A DNA stretch of 64,000 nucleotides from Ostrea edulis (Eukaryota), in contig NC_079164.1 of the NCBI RefSeq assembly GCF_947568905.1, positions 16,492,001 through 16,556,000 on the forward strand. Direction: 5' to 3'. A program made the translations under genes and the position numbers. The notes beneath the pieces were generated by a model. It was not told the DNA's origin. It searched no databases and was given only the letters and a program-made list of their open reading frames with translations. Shown here piece by piece: positions 18,757 through 31,820 of this stretch; position 1 is the first letter of the stretch, and every line of letters begins with the position of its first letter.

Positions 18757-18939
18757 TAGAAAAGCAGGTTTTTCCACAACAGAGCCAATCAATCATACGT
18801 TTTTTTATCAATAATACTGTGAATTTAAAGGATTTTAAAGGATTAAAACACGGCTCAGGCCTCGTCATAGCGACTTTAGTGATATCGATTTTCCCCATTG
18901 TTGCGTCATACCTCCGCACGCGCTCTTATCTCATAGCAC

Positions 18940-19116
18940 TCTAGTTCATACCGTCCTAGCCCGGCACAGCCCGGCAGTCCTAGCACGCGCTACCTCGGCA
19001 CGCGCAACCCTAGCTCGGTCCACCCCTAGCCCGCTCTCGAGTGCGTTCTAAAACTTGACCTTTTGACCTCAAAAGTGCACTCAGTTGAACCACCCATCCA
19101 GGCGGGTTATACTACT
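18940..19116 (-). repeat. Orphan right terminal (inverted-repeat) region of the Polinton
   Basis: GC-rich with short CTAGC/CGGCAC reiterations, ending TTATACTACT (AGTAGTATAA on the minus strand). No partner copy is seen at the left, so the TIR length cannot be defined. Confidence 0.75.
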
Positions 19117-19330
19117 CCCATGGTGTTTGGCAGGAGACTGCATTTGCCAGAGAAGAGGCTCTCTGAATTGAACATACCAGGCACCTCCCACCATTGATCA
19201 CTGGTGACCATGTCCAAATTCAGAACCAAACAGGGCCTCATCCCTTGAAGTAGAATAAGACGGTCATCATCATCGAAGTTGAGCATCACTGAAGAGACAT
19301 TATTTGTCGAAATGCGCATCTGGTGCATCA
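19117..19330 (+). mobile_element. Gypsy integrase C-terminal remnant (continuation of the 1-1152 element)
   Basis: Reads AFAREEAL..EHTRHLPPLITGDHVQIQNQTGPHPLK*NKTVIIIEV, typical of the C-terminus of marine-invertebrate Gypsy integrases. Same strand as, and collinear with, the left remnant. Confidence 0.75.
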
Positions 19331-19904
19331 AAATTGGTACCGTATAAGTTTTACATAGTATACCTATTAAACATTATTCTAAACAGAGGAGTTTCTTTCG
19401 TCGAAAGTACTAATAAGCATCTTTTTCCTGATCTGAGAACATTTATCTCAAGTCTCAATTGAAATTCGTTGCATTTAAGATATTTCAATCACAGAATCTG
19501 AAGATACTACATCCTTTTTGCATTAAACTAGCAAGATAAAAATAAATCAATGAGGATGTCACGAATACACAGATGAATTTTCAATTACTTTTTTCTCAGA
19601 CCCGACATTTCTTATGTCCACGGTGTTATCCTAAACTTGTAGCACTAAATAATGGTAATCATTTTTAAATACTTGTAGTATTTTCCCTTTGAAAACTTTG
19701 GAAGTTTATTATTTTATATGCCTGCAAGAATACGTGCAACAAAAAATAACATGTTTTTAAAAACAACATAGAAAAATTTACCAACCATTGATTCACAGCT
19801 CTCACCTTTAACATAAAACTGTTTCTGTGCGAGTAAATAAGCATTGCCCTCTGCAAATGATCGGTCAAAACTGACCTATCTTGACACAATGGGCCACAAA
19901 TTAA

Positions 19905-20885
19905 CGAATGTCCCCATAGGTAATACTGGCAATATCAACGAATGTCCACACAGGTAATTACCGGTAATATCAACGAATGTCCACACAGGTAATACCGGCA
20001 ATATCAACGAATGTCCACACAGGTAATACCGGCAATATCAACGAATGTCCACACAGGTAATACCGGTAATATCAACGAATGTCCACATAGGTAATACCGG
20101 TAATATCAACGAATGTCTACATAGGTAATACCGGTAATATCAACGAATGTCCACATAGGTAATACCGGCAATATCAACGAATGTCCACAAAGGTAATACC
20201 GGTAATGTCAAAGAATATCCACATAGGTAATACTGGTAATATCAACGAATGTCCACATGGGTAATACCGGTAATATCAACGAATGTCCACACAGGTAATT
20301 ACCGGTAATATCAACGAATGTCCACATAGGTAATACGGCAATATCAACGAATGTCCACAAAGGTAATACCGGTAATATCAACGAATGTCCACATAGGTAA
20401 TACCGGCCATATCAACGAATGTCCACATAGGTAATACCGGTAATATCAACGAATATCCACATAGGTAATACCGGTAATATCAACGAATGTCCACATAGGT
20501 AATACCGGTAATATCAACGAATGTCCACATAGGTAATACCGGTAATATCAACGAATGTCCACATAGGTAATACCGGTAATATCAACGAATGTCCACACAG
20601 GTAATACCGGTAATATCAACGAATATCCACATAGGTAATACCGGTAATATCAACGAATGTCCACATAGGTAATACCGGTAATATCAACGAATGTCCACAC
20701 AGGTAATATCAACGAATGTCCACATAGGTAATACCGGTAATATCAACGAATGTCCACATAGGTAATACTGGTAATATCAACGAATGTCCACATAGGTAAT
20801 ACCGGTAATATCAACGAATGTCCACACAGGTAATACCGGTAATATCAACGAATGTCCACATAGGTAATACCGGTGATATCAACGC
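19905..20885. repeat. 34-bp minisatellite, about 29 copies
   Basis: Unit AATATCAACGAATGTCCACATAGGTAATACCGGT, head-to-tail with no spacers. Confidence 0.95.
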
Positions 20886-21027
20886 ACCAAATGTTGTGTT
20901 TTCTATCATTTTTTTCAACTCGGTATGCTTAATATATGGATGAACAAAATCATCTGTACAAGTTTACCCAATCTTTCATAAAAGCATCAATTCCTGAAAA
21001 TTTCATATCCCAAGATCTAGAATCAAA

Positions 21028-21481
21028 GATGAAGATAGCGAACAGTGATCAATCTCATAACTTCTCTCAGGAATACAAAATAAAGACTTGGGCAAACACG
21101 GACCCCTGGGTATATCAGAGGTGGGATCAGGTGCCTAGCAGGAGTAAGCATCCCCTGTCGATCGCTCACAACCGCCACGAATTCTATATCTTGATCTGGT
21201 AAACGGAGTAATCCGTAGTCAAAATCAGTGTACCAAAAACAGCTTAACAATCGGTTTGGAACACGTCAGACAGCATTTGACTCAATGATAAGTTGTATTG
21301 GCAAACTAGATCATTATAACGACCATAGAATTTGCGAAATTCTGACTTTAAACGATCGAGACTGTTGAAGCCTCTGCAACATTAATTTGTTTGTCAGTAG
21401 CCTCCCTCTATTTAAAAACTGAGCATACTTAGAACAAGCTCTTGCGTATCGAATCAGTTAAGAGATATAAACACCACATGC
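21028..21481 (-). mobile_element. Penelope-like retroelement 3' fragment (RT thumb end plus 3' UTR), possibly Naiad-type
   Basis: The minus strand reads GVYIS*LIRYARACS..QFLNRGRLLTNKLMLQ..KFYGRYNDLVCQYNLSLSQMLSDVF, then a structured UTR. Confidence 0.65.
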
Positions 21482-21932
21482 AAGTGATAATAAAAGTTAT
21501 TTACCATGTGATTGATGTGATCGATATCACTTGCAAAGTAAAGTAATCTACTTAATATGACCCTCAATAAACATCTGTCATAGTTGAAAATACACGATGG
21601 TACACTAACATTTCCGTGTCTCTAAACTGACAGAAAATCCCCTTTCTCGTGGAGAGACCTTGAAATTCATTCCATTCCCAAATGAACACAATAAACTAAA
21701 CAACATCTATGATCATGAATAATCAAAGCAATTAATTTCCTGCAAATCCTTCTTCATGCTACGTTTACTTGCACTGCTAACGATATTCTTTTCATTTACC
21801 AACTTTCTCCCATTCATGGTTCCATTAAATCAAACTTTCTGAATTGGAACTAACACTCTCAAAATTGAAGTTTTGATAATTTCATCCGAACTTTAATATC
21901 GATATATAAAAGATATGATAAACAATGAAAAT

Positions 21933-22254
21933 GTTACAGGAGTTTCAACAGTCTCGTTTAAAGTCAGCATTTCGCAAATTCTATGGTCGTTATAAGATCT
22001 AGTTTCCCAATACAACCTATCATTGAGTCAAATGCTGTCTGACATGTTTCATACCGATTCTTAGGCCGTTCTTGGCACACTAATTTTGACTACGGATTAC
22101 TCCGTTTAACTGATCAATACAGGGGATGCTTACTAGTGCTAGGCACCTGATCCCACCTCTGGTATATCCAGGGGTCCGTGTTTGTCCTAATCTTAATTTT
22201 GTATTCCTTATAGAAGTTAATGAGATTGATCATTGTTTGTTATCTTCACCTTTC
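21933..22254 (+). mobile_element. Second copy of the Penelope-like 3' fragment, inverted relative to 21028-21481
   Basis: FQQSRLKSAFRKFYGRY..LSLSQMLSDMFHTD*, followed by the same UTR (GGCACCTGATCCCACCTCTGG..GGGTCCGTG). Confidence 0.65.
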
Positions 22255-24845
22255 ATACACACTGTTTAACTGTCTACCATTCCCCGGAGGAAGAGTCTGT
22301 AAATCTGCGTGACGAGCCACCGATTCATTCTATACCACATTTATCTGTGTACCAACATAGTAATCTATGATATGGGGTGATTCAGTGCTAGCAGAACCAG
22401 CAATAGAATGGGGTGTTGCTAAATCACGGAACGGAACGGAAAATAGTGTACATGTATGCAATAACGTTATGAGGAAGTCAGCATTTTGTAAAATAAAAAG
22501 GATTCTTATGAACAAGGGAAGTAGAAATTACAGAGAAAACGGAAAGTAATCCACAGAATCCACCGGTTTGAACATATGCTTCATACTAGCGTTCTAAAAC
22601 CATTAACTTACCATGAAAAATAATAAGCAAGCGCCTGTGGTACCATCTTTTACCGGCTTTGTCATTCTCTGCCCCTCCCTCATTTTCCCGGCTTTGTTAC
22701 TAAGGTGAAGTTTACGATCCATAGTAAGGAATTAATGCATTTATTTCATAAGTATTTAGTTTAGAAATAAGGATTGGAGTGATGCGGTCACTAAGTCAAA
22801 ATAATAAATCATAAATGATATATGTATAAGTATCTCACAAGTGGTCATCTCAAAAGCTTAGTATATCTCACAAGTGATCATCTCAAAAGCTTACAGAAGG
22901 TAGAAACTGACTATTCAGAACGACTTATGAGGGTGATCGGTGGAGAAACAACATATTTTGGATAAATTATTGGTTCTGTATAAAAATAATTTCATTCTAG
23001 AAGGGTGTGGTATGTACATAAGATCTATACAAGCTATCCATGCACACTTCAGGTGCCTGTGATCTAAAAATTAATTAAGTTAAGTAATCAAAGCAACTAG
23101 TATATATATAACATAATAAACATTGTCAGATTAATCACAATTGTCCTGATTCTTCAATTCAGTGTACCTTAGATTAAAACACTCATTCAAATATTGACAA
23201 AAATGCTTTGTGAATGAATAATTTTCAGGATTCATGAGACTTTTTATGGAATTCGCAATCAAATCACCCAAATGTTCTGAATATTTATTCCTCAAATGAT
23301 CGTATTTTGTTCAAAATAATAGGAAGTGTTTCTCATCCTCAACTTCATTCAAGCAAAATTTGCAAAATCTATTAGATCGTGGAATTGGAGCTAGGTGTAC
23401 AATATATCCCAACCTCAATATTGAGGGGATGTGCATTTAGTCTTAGTTTAGTGAGTAGAGCTCTGTAAGCTTTTGGTAATGTGTAATTTTCAAATGTTCT
23501 TGCAATTTAAAATTATTACGGTATTGTATACTTGGCTATAAAATACAAGTTTTCCACAATTTGCTTGTTTCATGTTATCAAATTAATTAGATATTTTATT
23601 TTCATAATAGTTTCTTGAATTAATAAAAATAATTTTTTTTCTCTTTACAGTCAATGCTAAATAAGATTTTACAGCATTTCTATTCATAATATATCGATTT
23701 ATCTATAGCAATTGGTAATCGATTCCAGTCAACGATTACATTGCATGTAATAAAATTTTAATGTTCTTTTGAAGCCAATTCTAAGTATCTCTGGTATAAA
23801 GTCATTTCTTACCCACTGCTATATAGGCTAGCATATATAAAAGACTTGACATTTGCTTGATATTAATTTACTTACATATATTTTCGCAACTGAATACAAG
23901 ATAAATTTTATCATTGAGCTTAATATTGTTTTACTTTACTTCCCATATAGCACACTTATTGTACAGTACATTTCCAATCAGTATTGTGATGAGAATTCAA
24001 TACCTATGTTAATGTAGAAACCCTTAACGTGTATATGGTACACAAGTGTAAATTGTATCATGTAGTTATGTTTAATTGTTAATTTGTATATGCCCCCTGA
24101 GGGCCCTTGATTGGTGAATAAATAAAAATATATAGGTGCCTAATATATAATTCATATTACTATTTTTCAAGAATCTTGAAAACCCTCGAGGTTGACAGAG
24201 GTGTGAAGGTAAGGAACGATAACTCTGGGCAGAGACTAGGTTTCGATTTTCAACCTCAGTCCCAGGGTACCCCAGCTACAGAAATGATTTTTCGGGGGGG
24301 GGGGGGGGGGGGGTCTCAATATTTTCCCTAGAGCTTATCTATCATATGGTGCTCCAAAATATAACACAAAAATACAAAATATGTATGACTTGTTTCCCCC
24401 AACATGCTGCATCTACATGCAGTTTGCAGTCTATGTAACCTGTCGTTAATGTTGTAAACTTTCTTTTTTGAATTTCCTTTTTTATAAACTGTCTTACTGT
24501 TATGCCCTCTGGGCCCAAAATTGGAATAAACTTATCTTATCTTATCTATACATAAAAAATATTTTATGAGTACTATCTATATAGCAGTTTTGAAGGAAGG
24601 CTATCCCGAATAATAAGATTAAAATACACAAAGACTGGATTGATACTAGGGCCTTTGTTACTTTGTTAGATATTGTTGAGCCTCCATTGTTACTCCATGA
24701 ACCGCAATCCGGAATTGGGAGACGAGATAATTTGACAAATAGTAAACATCCAGCATGCGTTTGTAATAACCAGTAGAGATTTGCGAAAAATAAGCTTGTT
24801 TCAGACTTAGACACCCTTTCCAACGTGCCTGCCAGAGCCTCAAAA

Positions 24846-27800
24846 ATGTTGTTGATGTACTACTTAAATGAGAGTGGGGACAAAGTTTACACTTTAAAGG
24901 TACAAAATTATTCATGCTCGTTATAGATCTATAGAAACTTTTACTGTATATCGAGACAAATTATTGTTATTTTTTATTTATGAGTAAGATTTAGAATTCG
25001 ATATTGAACAATTTGAAGATATTTTTTTTTTTTTTTATGAATGAGTAATCTTGCATATTATGCTGTTAGATAGATGTCTCTAATCCATATATATGTCTGT
25101 GGCAATAAACTGATCTTGTTAAACACTGAAACAGGTTGCCTGGGAACACTTCCCCTATAGCGAGATATTCTCGCAAAAACGCGATTACCCCTCTCTAGCG
25201 GGAGTAGATATATCCCGTACAACCGAGAAAAACACCGTGGAGTACATATCGTGTTTGACGTGAAAAGTAGAAAAAGTGCTAAAATGTCCGATACTTTTGC
25301 AAATATATTAATCAAAATGACAACACTCACAATGTGCACTGGATTTCAGCTTCCTTCCCTTTTATGCAGCAACATTGACATGAAATTTCGTGATTGTATT
25401 GTAAATTTTATAGAGACAATTTGCGTCATGTTGAGTGTGGGTCACACTTATTCAGCACTGCATGGAGTTTGCTATTATTTTCAGTAAAGACACCAAAACA
25501 CCTGTTTATGGTAATGTTTACTTTCTCGCTAAAGAGGGATAATCACGCTTTAGTGGAAGTGTTTCCAACCTGTTAAATTCACTTTGGTCTGTGAGAGTCA
25601 TAAAAAAGAAGATAAGGACCATTCAGGTTTTGGCCATACAAGTGATTGAATATCGTTTTCAATTAATTTTTGATGTAATTGTTTGGTTTTTTTGTTTCTT
25701 TCTTTATTTACATTTTTACGATTCCTGTCATCTTCAGTTTTTGCATCAATATGCTTTTAAATTAGCCATCTCTCGATCATAGACAAGTAATTGAGTAGAT
25801 ATTTGGGTACGGAAAATCAATGATTTCGGAAAGACTTGGAAAAGTTACGGAATTGAAAATTTATCTATTATGGACCATCTCTATACATGAGGAAAACATG
25901 ATATTGGTATTTTACAAGAGAGAAGTTTGTTATATAATGGGAAATCTTTGTGGGGAGGCCTATTCTGCCATGTTTGACAAACCTGTGACTGACCTTTAAT
26001 CCACTTATGAAACAAGAGGTAGTGTGAGCAATGCTCACTAAGAATACCCCCTGCTTACCCTAATCTCCCAAAGGGTGTTGTTAATAGGTATAAATTACCT
26101 TTTTTCTGAGTGTAAAAAAGAAAGGGCATGACAAAACCTTGGGTAGTCTCTTCTATAGTAGTGTGCTTGACCTTTGACCCGGGTCCCCAAATTCGATAGG
26201 GAACATTTTTGTCCTATGGGTAGTCCATATGTTTAATATGGTGACTGTAGGTGGAAAGGATAACGCTTCAGAGCCCAGAAACCATATTGCTACTTCGATG
26301 TCCAGTGCACTTGATCTTTGACCTTTTGACCCCAAAATCAAAAGGGAACATCTTCGTCCCATGGGTAGTAGGGATGTGTATTGCTCAAGATTTTCCGATT
26401 TGATACAATATTTTCTGATGCGATATCCGATATATTGGATTTTCAATGTAGTTAAGTATTTTCTGAAGTAAAATATCAAAAATTAAAAAAAAATGAAGTG
26501 GTTTAATATATTTTATTTCATAACAAAACAAACAATGACAATTAAAGTCTGAGGAAACTCCAATGTCACAATGTAAAAGCGAGGATTAAAGTCTGAGGCA
26601 TCTCTGATGTGTCACAATGTAAAAGCAAGGATTAAAGTCTGAGAAATCTTCGATGTGTCACAATGTAAAAGTGAGGATTAAAGTCTGAGGAATCTCCTAT
26701 GTGTCACAATGTAAAAGCAGGGATTAAAGTATGAGGAATCTCCGATGTGTCACAATGTAAAAGCGAGATTGAAGTCCGAGGAATCACTGATGTAACAATG
26801 TAAAAGCAGGTATTAAAGTCTGAGGATTCGTGTTCCTGTTAGAAGCCATTTTTAAATTATGAACTTCGATCCCGACTATTAAAAGGGCTATTTTTAACCC
26901 GACATTATATCGTATCGTCAAAACACCGTATCGTATATCGCTGGACAGGCGTATACTGGTACATTTCGATATATTGATTCACCCCTAATGGGTAGTCCAT
27001 ATGTATGATATGGTGACTATAGATGGTTTGGATAACACTTTCAATCAGAATTCCTTGAATGTTTCGTGCACTCAACATAGATCTCGGATGTAATACGATG
27101 ACATCCATGAGTGAATTTGATGCATTGTCAATTGTGACGTCACAGCCTACCGCACTACGTTACATACGTCATAGCTAACAATGCATCAAATTCGTTCGTG
27201 GATGCCATCGTATTACATCCGAGATCTATGTCGAGTGCGCGAGACATTCGAGGAGTTCCGATTGATAACACTTTAGGACTCAGAAACCATATTGCTACTT
27301 CGATGTCCAGTGCGCTTGATCTTTGACCTTTTCACCCCAAATATCGATAGGGAACATCTTCGACCCATGGGTAGTCCATATGCATGATATGGTGACTGCA
27401 AGTGGAAAGGATAACGCTTTAGAGCCTGGAAACCATTGCGTCTACAGACGGACAACCCAATTCCAGGGTACCCCACTCCCCACAACTTTGAAAGAGACCT
27501 TTCAACTTTGACCTGTGGGTGATGAATTCCTTGTGACAATTTTAAGTCCTCGCCAATCTTATGATTTTTGATGACTGTATGACTTAGGCCCTACTTTTTG
27601 AAAACTACACCATTGTTTATAACAATCGAATTGACTTTGATATTTATTGGATCTAATCCTCTAGACAAGGCTGTTTCGTTAGTGTCATGTGTGATGACCT
27701 TGACCCACTTATCAAAACTTGAATGTTGCTTATAAGTTTATAACATTGAAAAGGCTGTATCATATATTAGTTGTGGGTGTAATCACTGTGACAAAGTATT

Positions 27801-28252
27801 TCCAACTCGTACCACATATGACAATCTTGCTATCTTGTCTTTTGTCAGTAAGGTACATGTATACTGCAAATTGAAGAATGAACATTATTTACTTTCTGAT
27901 ATCTTTAGTTTGTTATAGGCAAGGACTGTTCATGACAACACAATCAATCAATGACAATATACAATTATGGACTGTTTATCAGGGAGACATAACAAATTAT
28001 CAGGTCTGAGTAGGGTCATCACCCGAGGTCGCCTATGCGCCCGAGGGTGATAACCCTACTCAGACCTGATAATTTGTCATGACAATTATCATTCTTCTAT
28101 TTTTCTCACAGAAAACTGATCCCATGGGGTGCCCCACGCTGTCTGCACACCCTGCCAGATTCTCCCCCGATGACAAATTCTCAAAACAGCGGGTCACACT
28201 GAAGAAGAGATTCGGCCTTCTACCCACTCAGCAGCCGAAGGCGGTCTATTGA
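24846..28252 (+). CDS. NOP10: H/ACA ribonucleoprotein subunit NOP10 (64 aa, two coding exons: 24846-24899, 28112-28252)
   Basis: [18 protein letters not shown] | [50 protein letters not shown] phase-0 intron; AATAAA at about 28465. Confidence 0.96.
26541..26823. repeat. ~45-bp minisatellite, 6-7 copies
   Basis: Unit ATTAAAGTCTGAGGAATCTCCGATGTGTCACAATGTAAAAGC(G/A)(A/G)GG. Confidence 0.9.
27042..27264. mobile_element. 223-bp MITE with long TIRs and 10-bp target-site duplication
   Basis: The arms CAATC(A/G)GAA...AGATCTCGGATGTAATACGATG..AATTTGATGCATTGT are inverted. ATAACACTTT flanks both sides (27032-27041 and 27265-27274). Confidence 0.85.
27992..28077. repeat. Palindromic element (~33-bp stem) in NOP10 intron
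   Basis: ACAAATTATCAGGTCTGAGTAGGGT(C)ATCACCC ... GGGTGAT(A)ACCCTACTCAGACCTGATAATTTGT. Confidence 0.85.
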
Positions 28253-31200
28253 AGAAACCCTCTGTTGGGGACAGTGCTTTTCGACATTAGAACAATGTTT
28301 GAGAGGAATTTTATGCAGAAATGTTGGGGGAAACTTATTCCTAATGTAAACATGTTACTAAATCATTGTACATAAACTGTCTTGTAATTACCATCACTGT
28401 ATGTCAACTGATAGTTAGTGACTACCATATCATTCATAGTGTGTATGACCTGTCTTATGATGCGAAATAAAATTTTAGATAAACCTTAAAGGCTCAGCAT
28501 TATTAAACATATTTCAAGTGATGTACATGTACTATATGTTCACAAGGGCAGAACTGAAAGGGGGAATGGCAGTGGTGACACGTAGCACCCTTTCCCATTT
28601 GAAAGTGGGTAGCACAAGTATGTGTTCACTTTCCCCAATTTTTTTTTAGCTCACTCGAGTTCATCTTCCTAACTGAAGTGATGTTGAAGGTCACCTCTTA
28701 CACAATTAAGGGGTACTGAGGACCTATTCTAACCCAGATCCTCACATGAAAGGTCTTTTTGTAAAAAATTGTATATACAAAATATGAAAGCCCTAGCTTA
28801 AATAGTTCAAGAGATTTTTAAAAAGATTTTACCAATATATTGGCATATAACACCATGGCCACACTTTACCCCTAGGGACCATGAATTTCACAAACTTGGA
28901 TCTACTCTATGTCAGGAAGTTTTGATGTAAATTTGAACGTTTCTGGCCCAGTGGTTTTTGAGAAGAAGATGAAGATTTTCCCTATAATGGAATTGAAAAC
29001 TTCGACCCCCTATTGTAGCCCCATCCTACCCCCAGGGGCCATGATTTGAGCAAAAACTTAAATCTGCACTATGTCAGGAAGCTTTCATGTAAATTTCAAC
29101 TTTTGTGGCCCAGTGGTTCTTGAGAAGATTTTTAAATGACCCCCATCATATTTATGCATTAAACAATATGACTAATTTGAACTCGTCCTAGAGTCAAAAC
29201 TATGGGGTTGCAAAATTCACCATTTTTTGTACACCTTTTTCTGCTATTCCTAAATATGCCTTTAGGTTTTATACAGTATGACAGTAGCATACTGAAACCA
29301 AACTCTTGCCCCTTAGGATCATAAAATTTACAACTTTTGTAAAGGACAACCTACTCTTCTAAATATCCATTAAGTATCAATTTAATTTTAATAACATTAA
29401 AACAGATATCATTTATATGTTTTGCACATATACACTATATATACCAAGTTTGGTCCCACCCTGGAGTCAGAACCTCTACCCAGGGAATCCTGAAAGTTAC
29501 AATTTTGGTAGAGGCCTTCCTATTATATATCGCCATGCATTTAGGTTTTTTAAAACATGCGATTGTAGAGAAGATTTTTGAAAATTGGTCAATTTTTGCC
29601 CCACCACTAAGGCCCCAAGGGTGCAGTTCTAAAATTTACAATTAAAGTCACCCTTGTCCCAAAGATGCTTCATACCAAGTTTGAAAAGAATTGGAATAGC
29701 CATGTAGTTATCAAGAATAAGTTACCCAAGTTTAGACCCAAAAATTCGAAGTCCCATAACTCCGTAACAATAAAGCAGATATATCTGAAAATTAAAAGAG
29801 GTCTTCCTAATGAATCTGGACTAATATTTATCCTGAGTGGAAAAAAACTCACTCAAGAACAACTTCAAATGATTCAACACAAAAACTACCAAGTTTGTAG
29901 GTTATTTATTGACTGTAATTAACACACAGATGTAGTGACGTCTCCATGTAATTGCGTAGCTTAAACAGAAGACCGGTGTGCAGCTGAAATGCACAAGAGT
30001 ATTGGGTTGTCAATAATGTCACGGAATTATACAGAACTGTTATAAATTCTCTCTTCTGTGTCGATCACTAACATACGGAACATTTCAGCAAGTTTTGTGA
30101 AATTCTGCAAATCCCCATTTTAGATACAAAAACAAATGTACAAAGAGTAAATGACTTCATAAAACATTTCAATATACCTTTTATAATCATAAAAATAATT
30201 CAAAATCACAAACGGGACCTTCATTACTAACAAAAATTATCACATGATGCCACTATCACATTCCTCAAGGCAATTAATATAATGTACACTATTCGTAGGA
30301 CGGCTTAGGCAAGCATACATGTAAAACAAAAATAAAAATTACAAACTTACCAGAAATACTGTGGAAACATTCAATTTCATGGGTGTTCAATTTTTTCCCT
30401 AAAAAAATTTCAAACCACAACAAAATACAAAATTTATATGATGTTTCAATTAATACACAAACTATGTCCAATCCACGAAATTACATCCCTAAGCAATGAT
30501 TCCTCAGTACAGTCTATAACATTGCCTTCCAAGTCTTCACAGTGACATGGTATTAATTAATACCAACATACTCTGAAATCCCAGTTGTCATCAAATACTG
30601 CTGATACAAAATTACCCTTTGTAAGCTAAAGATAGGAGATGTATTACAAACCACAAATATCAACAATTTTATCCATGTATTAATATGAAATTTATGATTG
30701 ACCAAGACTGTATTTCATCTCAATTTAATTAATACATCTGAAGTAAGAGAGAAGTTGAAATTGACTAGCCAGACTTTCTACTGCTGACTTAAGCACTGTA
30801 ATGGTGACTATTAAAAGTTCATACAATAAAATGAAATTCTTGAGGATTCAGAAGAAATTCACGAAAGTAAAATACTTGCACAAACGAACACAACTCTGTT
30901 ATAGATTTTTACATGTTGAAGCATGAAGATGTGTTTTGTGTGTGTTGTTTTTAAGGGATACATTGTACAGTATTTTCTTAATATCCGAAGACATCTAGGT
31001 TGCCAACCCCCCTGTGAATTAAATTCAGTTCTATTCTCCTGCTCTTGCATAAATGTTTATTCTTTTCCTGAATCTGTTTAAGAAGGAACAATCTTGCTGT
31101 TTGGAAATTCTTTCACCCCATAACACAAAATGTTATAAAATTGTGCAATATCAACACAAGAGTGCACTAGCTGTGTCATCAACAATGAAATAGTAGTATA

Positions 31201-31479
31201 CCGGTTCAATGTTCTGTAAATACACAAGTGCACTCACTAAACATGATTTAGGAATGTAAGATAAGGCAAATGGAAAATTTAAAATATCTTACTAAAATCT
31301 CATGACAAAAGAAATTTGACTGCAGTTTTCGTTGCAAGCCAACATTTTAGACCTTTGAAAAAATTTAAGTGGAGTACAAGATAACCAATATAATCACTCA
31401 AGGTTTACATTTGAAATAATACGTATTGGGGGGGGGGGGGGGGTTAAGCAAACAAAGCTCACACTGTGCCTAATGCGAC

Positions 31480-31820
31480 TGTCACAGAGAGAAAAATCTC
31501 ACTCAGTTAACTATGCAATGTGTATACACAGCTGATATCAAGTGTGACTGTTATAGGGAAAAATCTCACTGTTAACTATGCAATGTGTATACACAGCTGA
31601 TATCCAGTGTGACTGTTAAAGAGAAAAATCTCACTCTGTTAACTATGCAATGTGTACACACAGCTGATATCCAGTGTGACTGTTATAGAGAAAAATCTCA
31701 CTCTGTTAACTATGCAAGTGTATACACAGCTGATACCCAGTGTGACTGTTATAGAGAAAAATCTCACTCTGTTAACTATGCAATGTGTATACACAGCTGA
31801 TATCCAATGTGACTGTCATA
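31480..31820. repeat. ~66-bp minisatellite, about 5 copies
   Basis: CAGCTGATA recurs at about 31529, 31594, 31661, 31728 and 31794. Confidence 0.9.

Larger units (their letters stand above)
1153..19116 (-). mobile_element. Endogenous Maverick/Polinton (adintovirus-like) element, left end deleted, core genes decayed
   Basis: Full Polinton core set on the minus strand: pPolB, ATPase, integrase, protease, MCP, penton. ACTACT at 19111-19116 is the reverse complement of the AGTAGT terminus typical of Polintons. The genes are intronless and densely packed or overlapping, unlike the flanking host DNA. Confidence 0.95.
26010..27490 (+). mobile_element. Fragmented Helentron/HINE-like non-autonomous element with nested insertions
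   Basis: Starts AACAAGAGGTAGTGTGAGCAATGCTCAC like the copies at 33753 and 48795. Contains the ~143 bp unit (..TAGGGAACAT..CCATGGGTAGTCCATATG..). Ends with GACGGACA and a C-rich hairpin remnant. Confidence 0.65.

Noticed and set aside
19905-20885. CRISPR-like array
   Set aside because: Head-to-tail units with no unique spacers, no cas genes, eukaryotic context.
22600-22625. Minus-strand ATG/GTAAG as first exon of an unseen gene
   Set aside because: No downstream coding exons could be identified.
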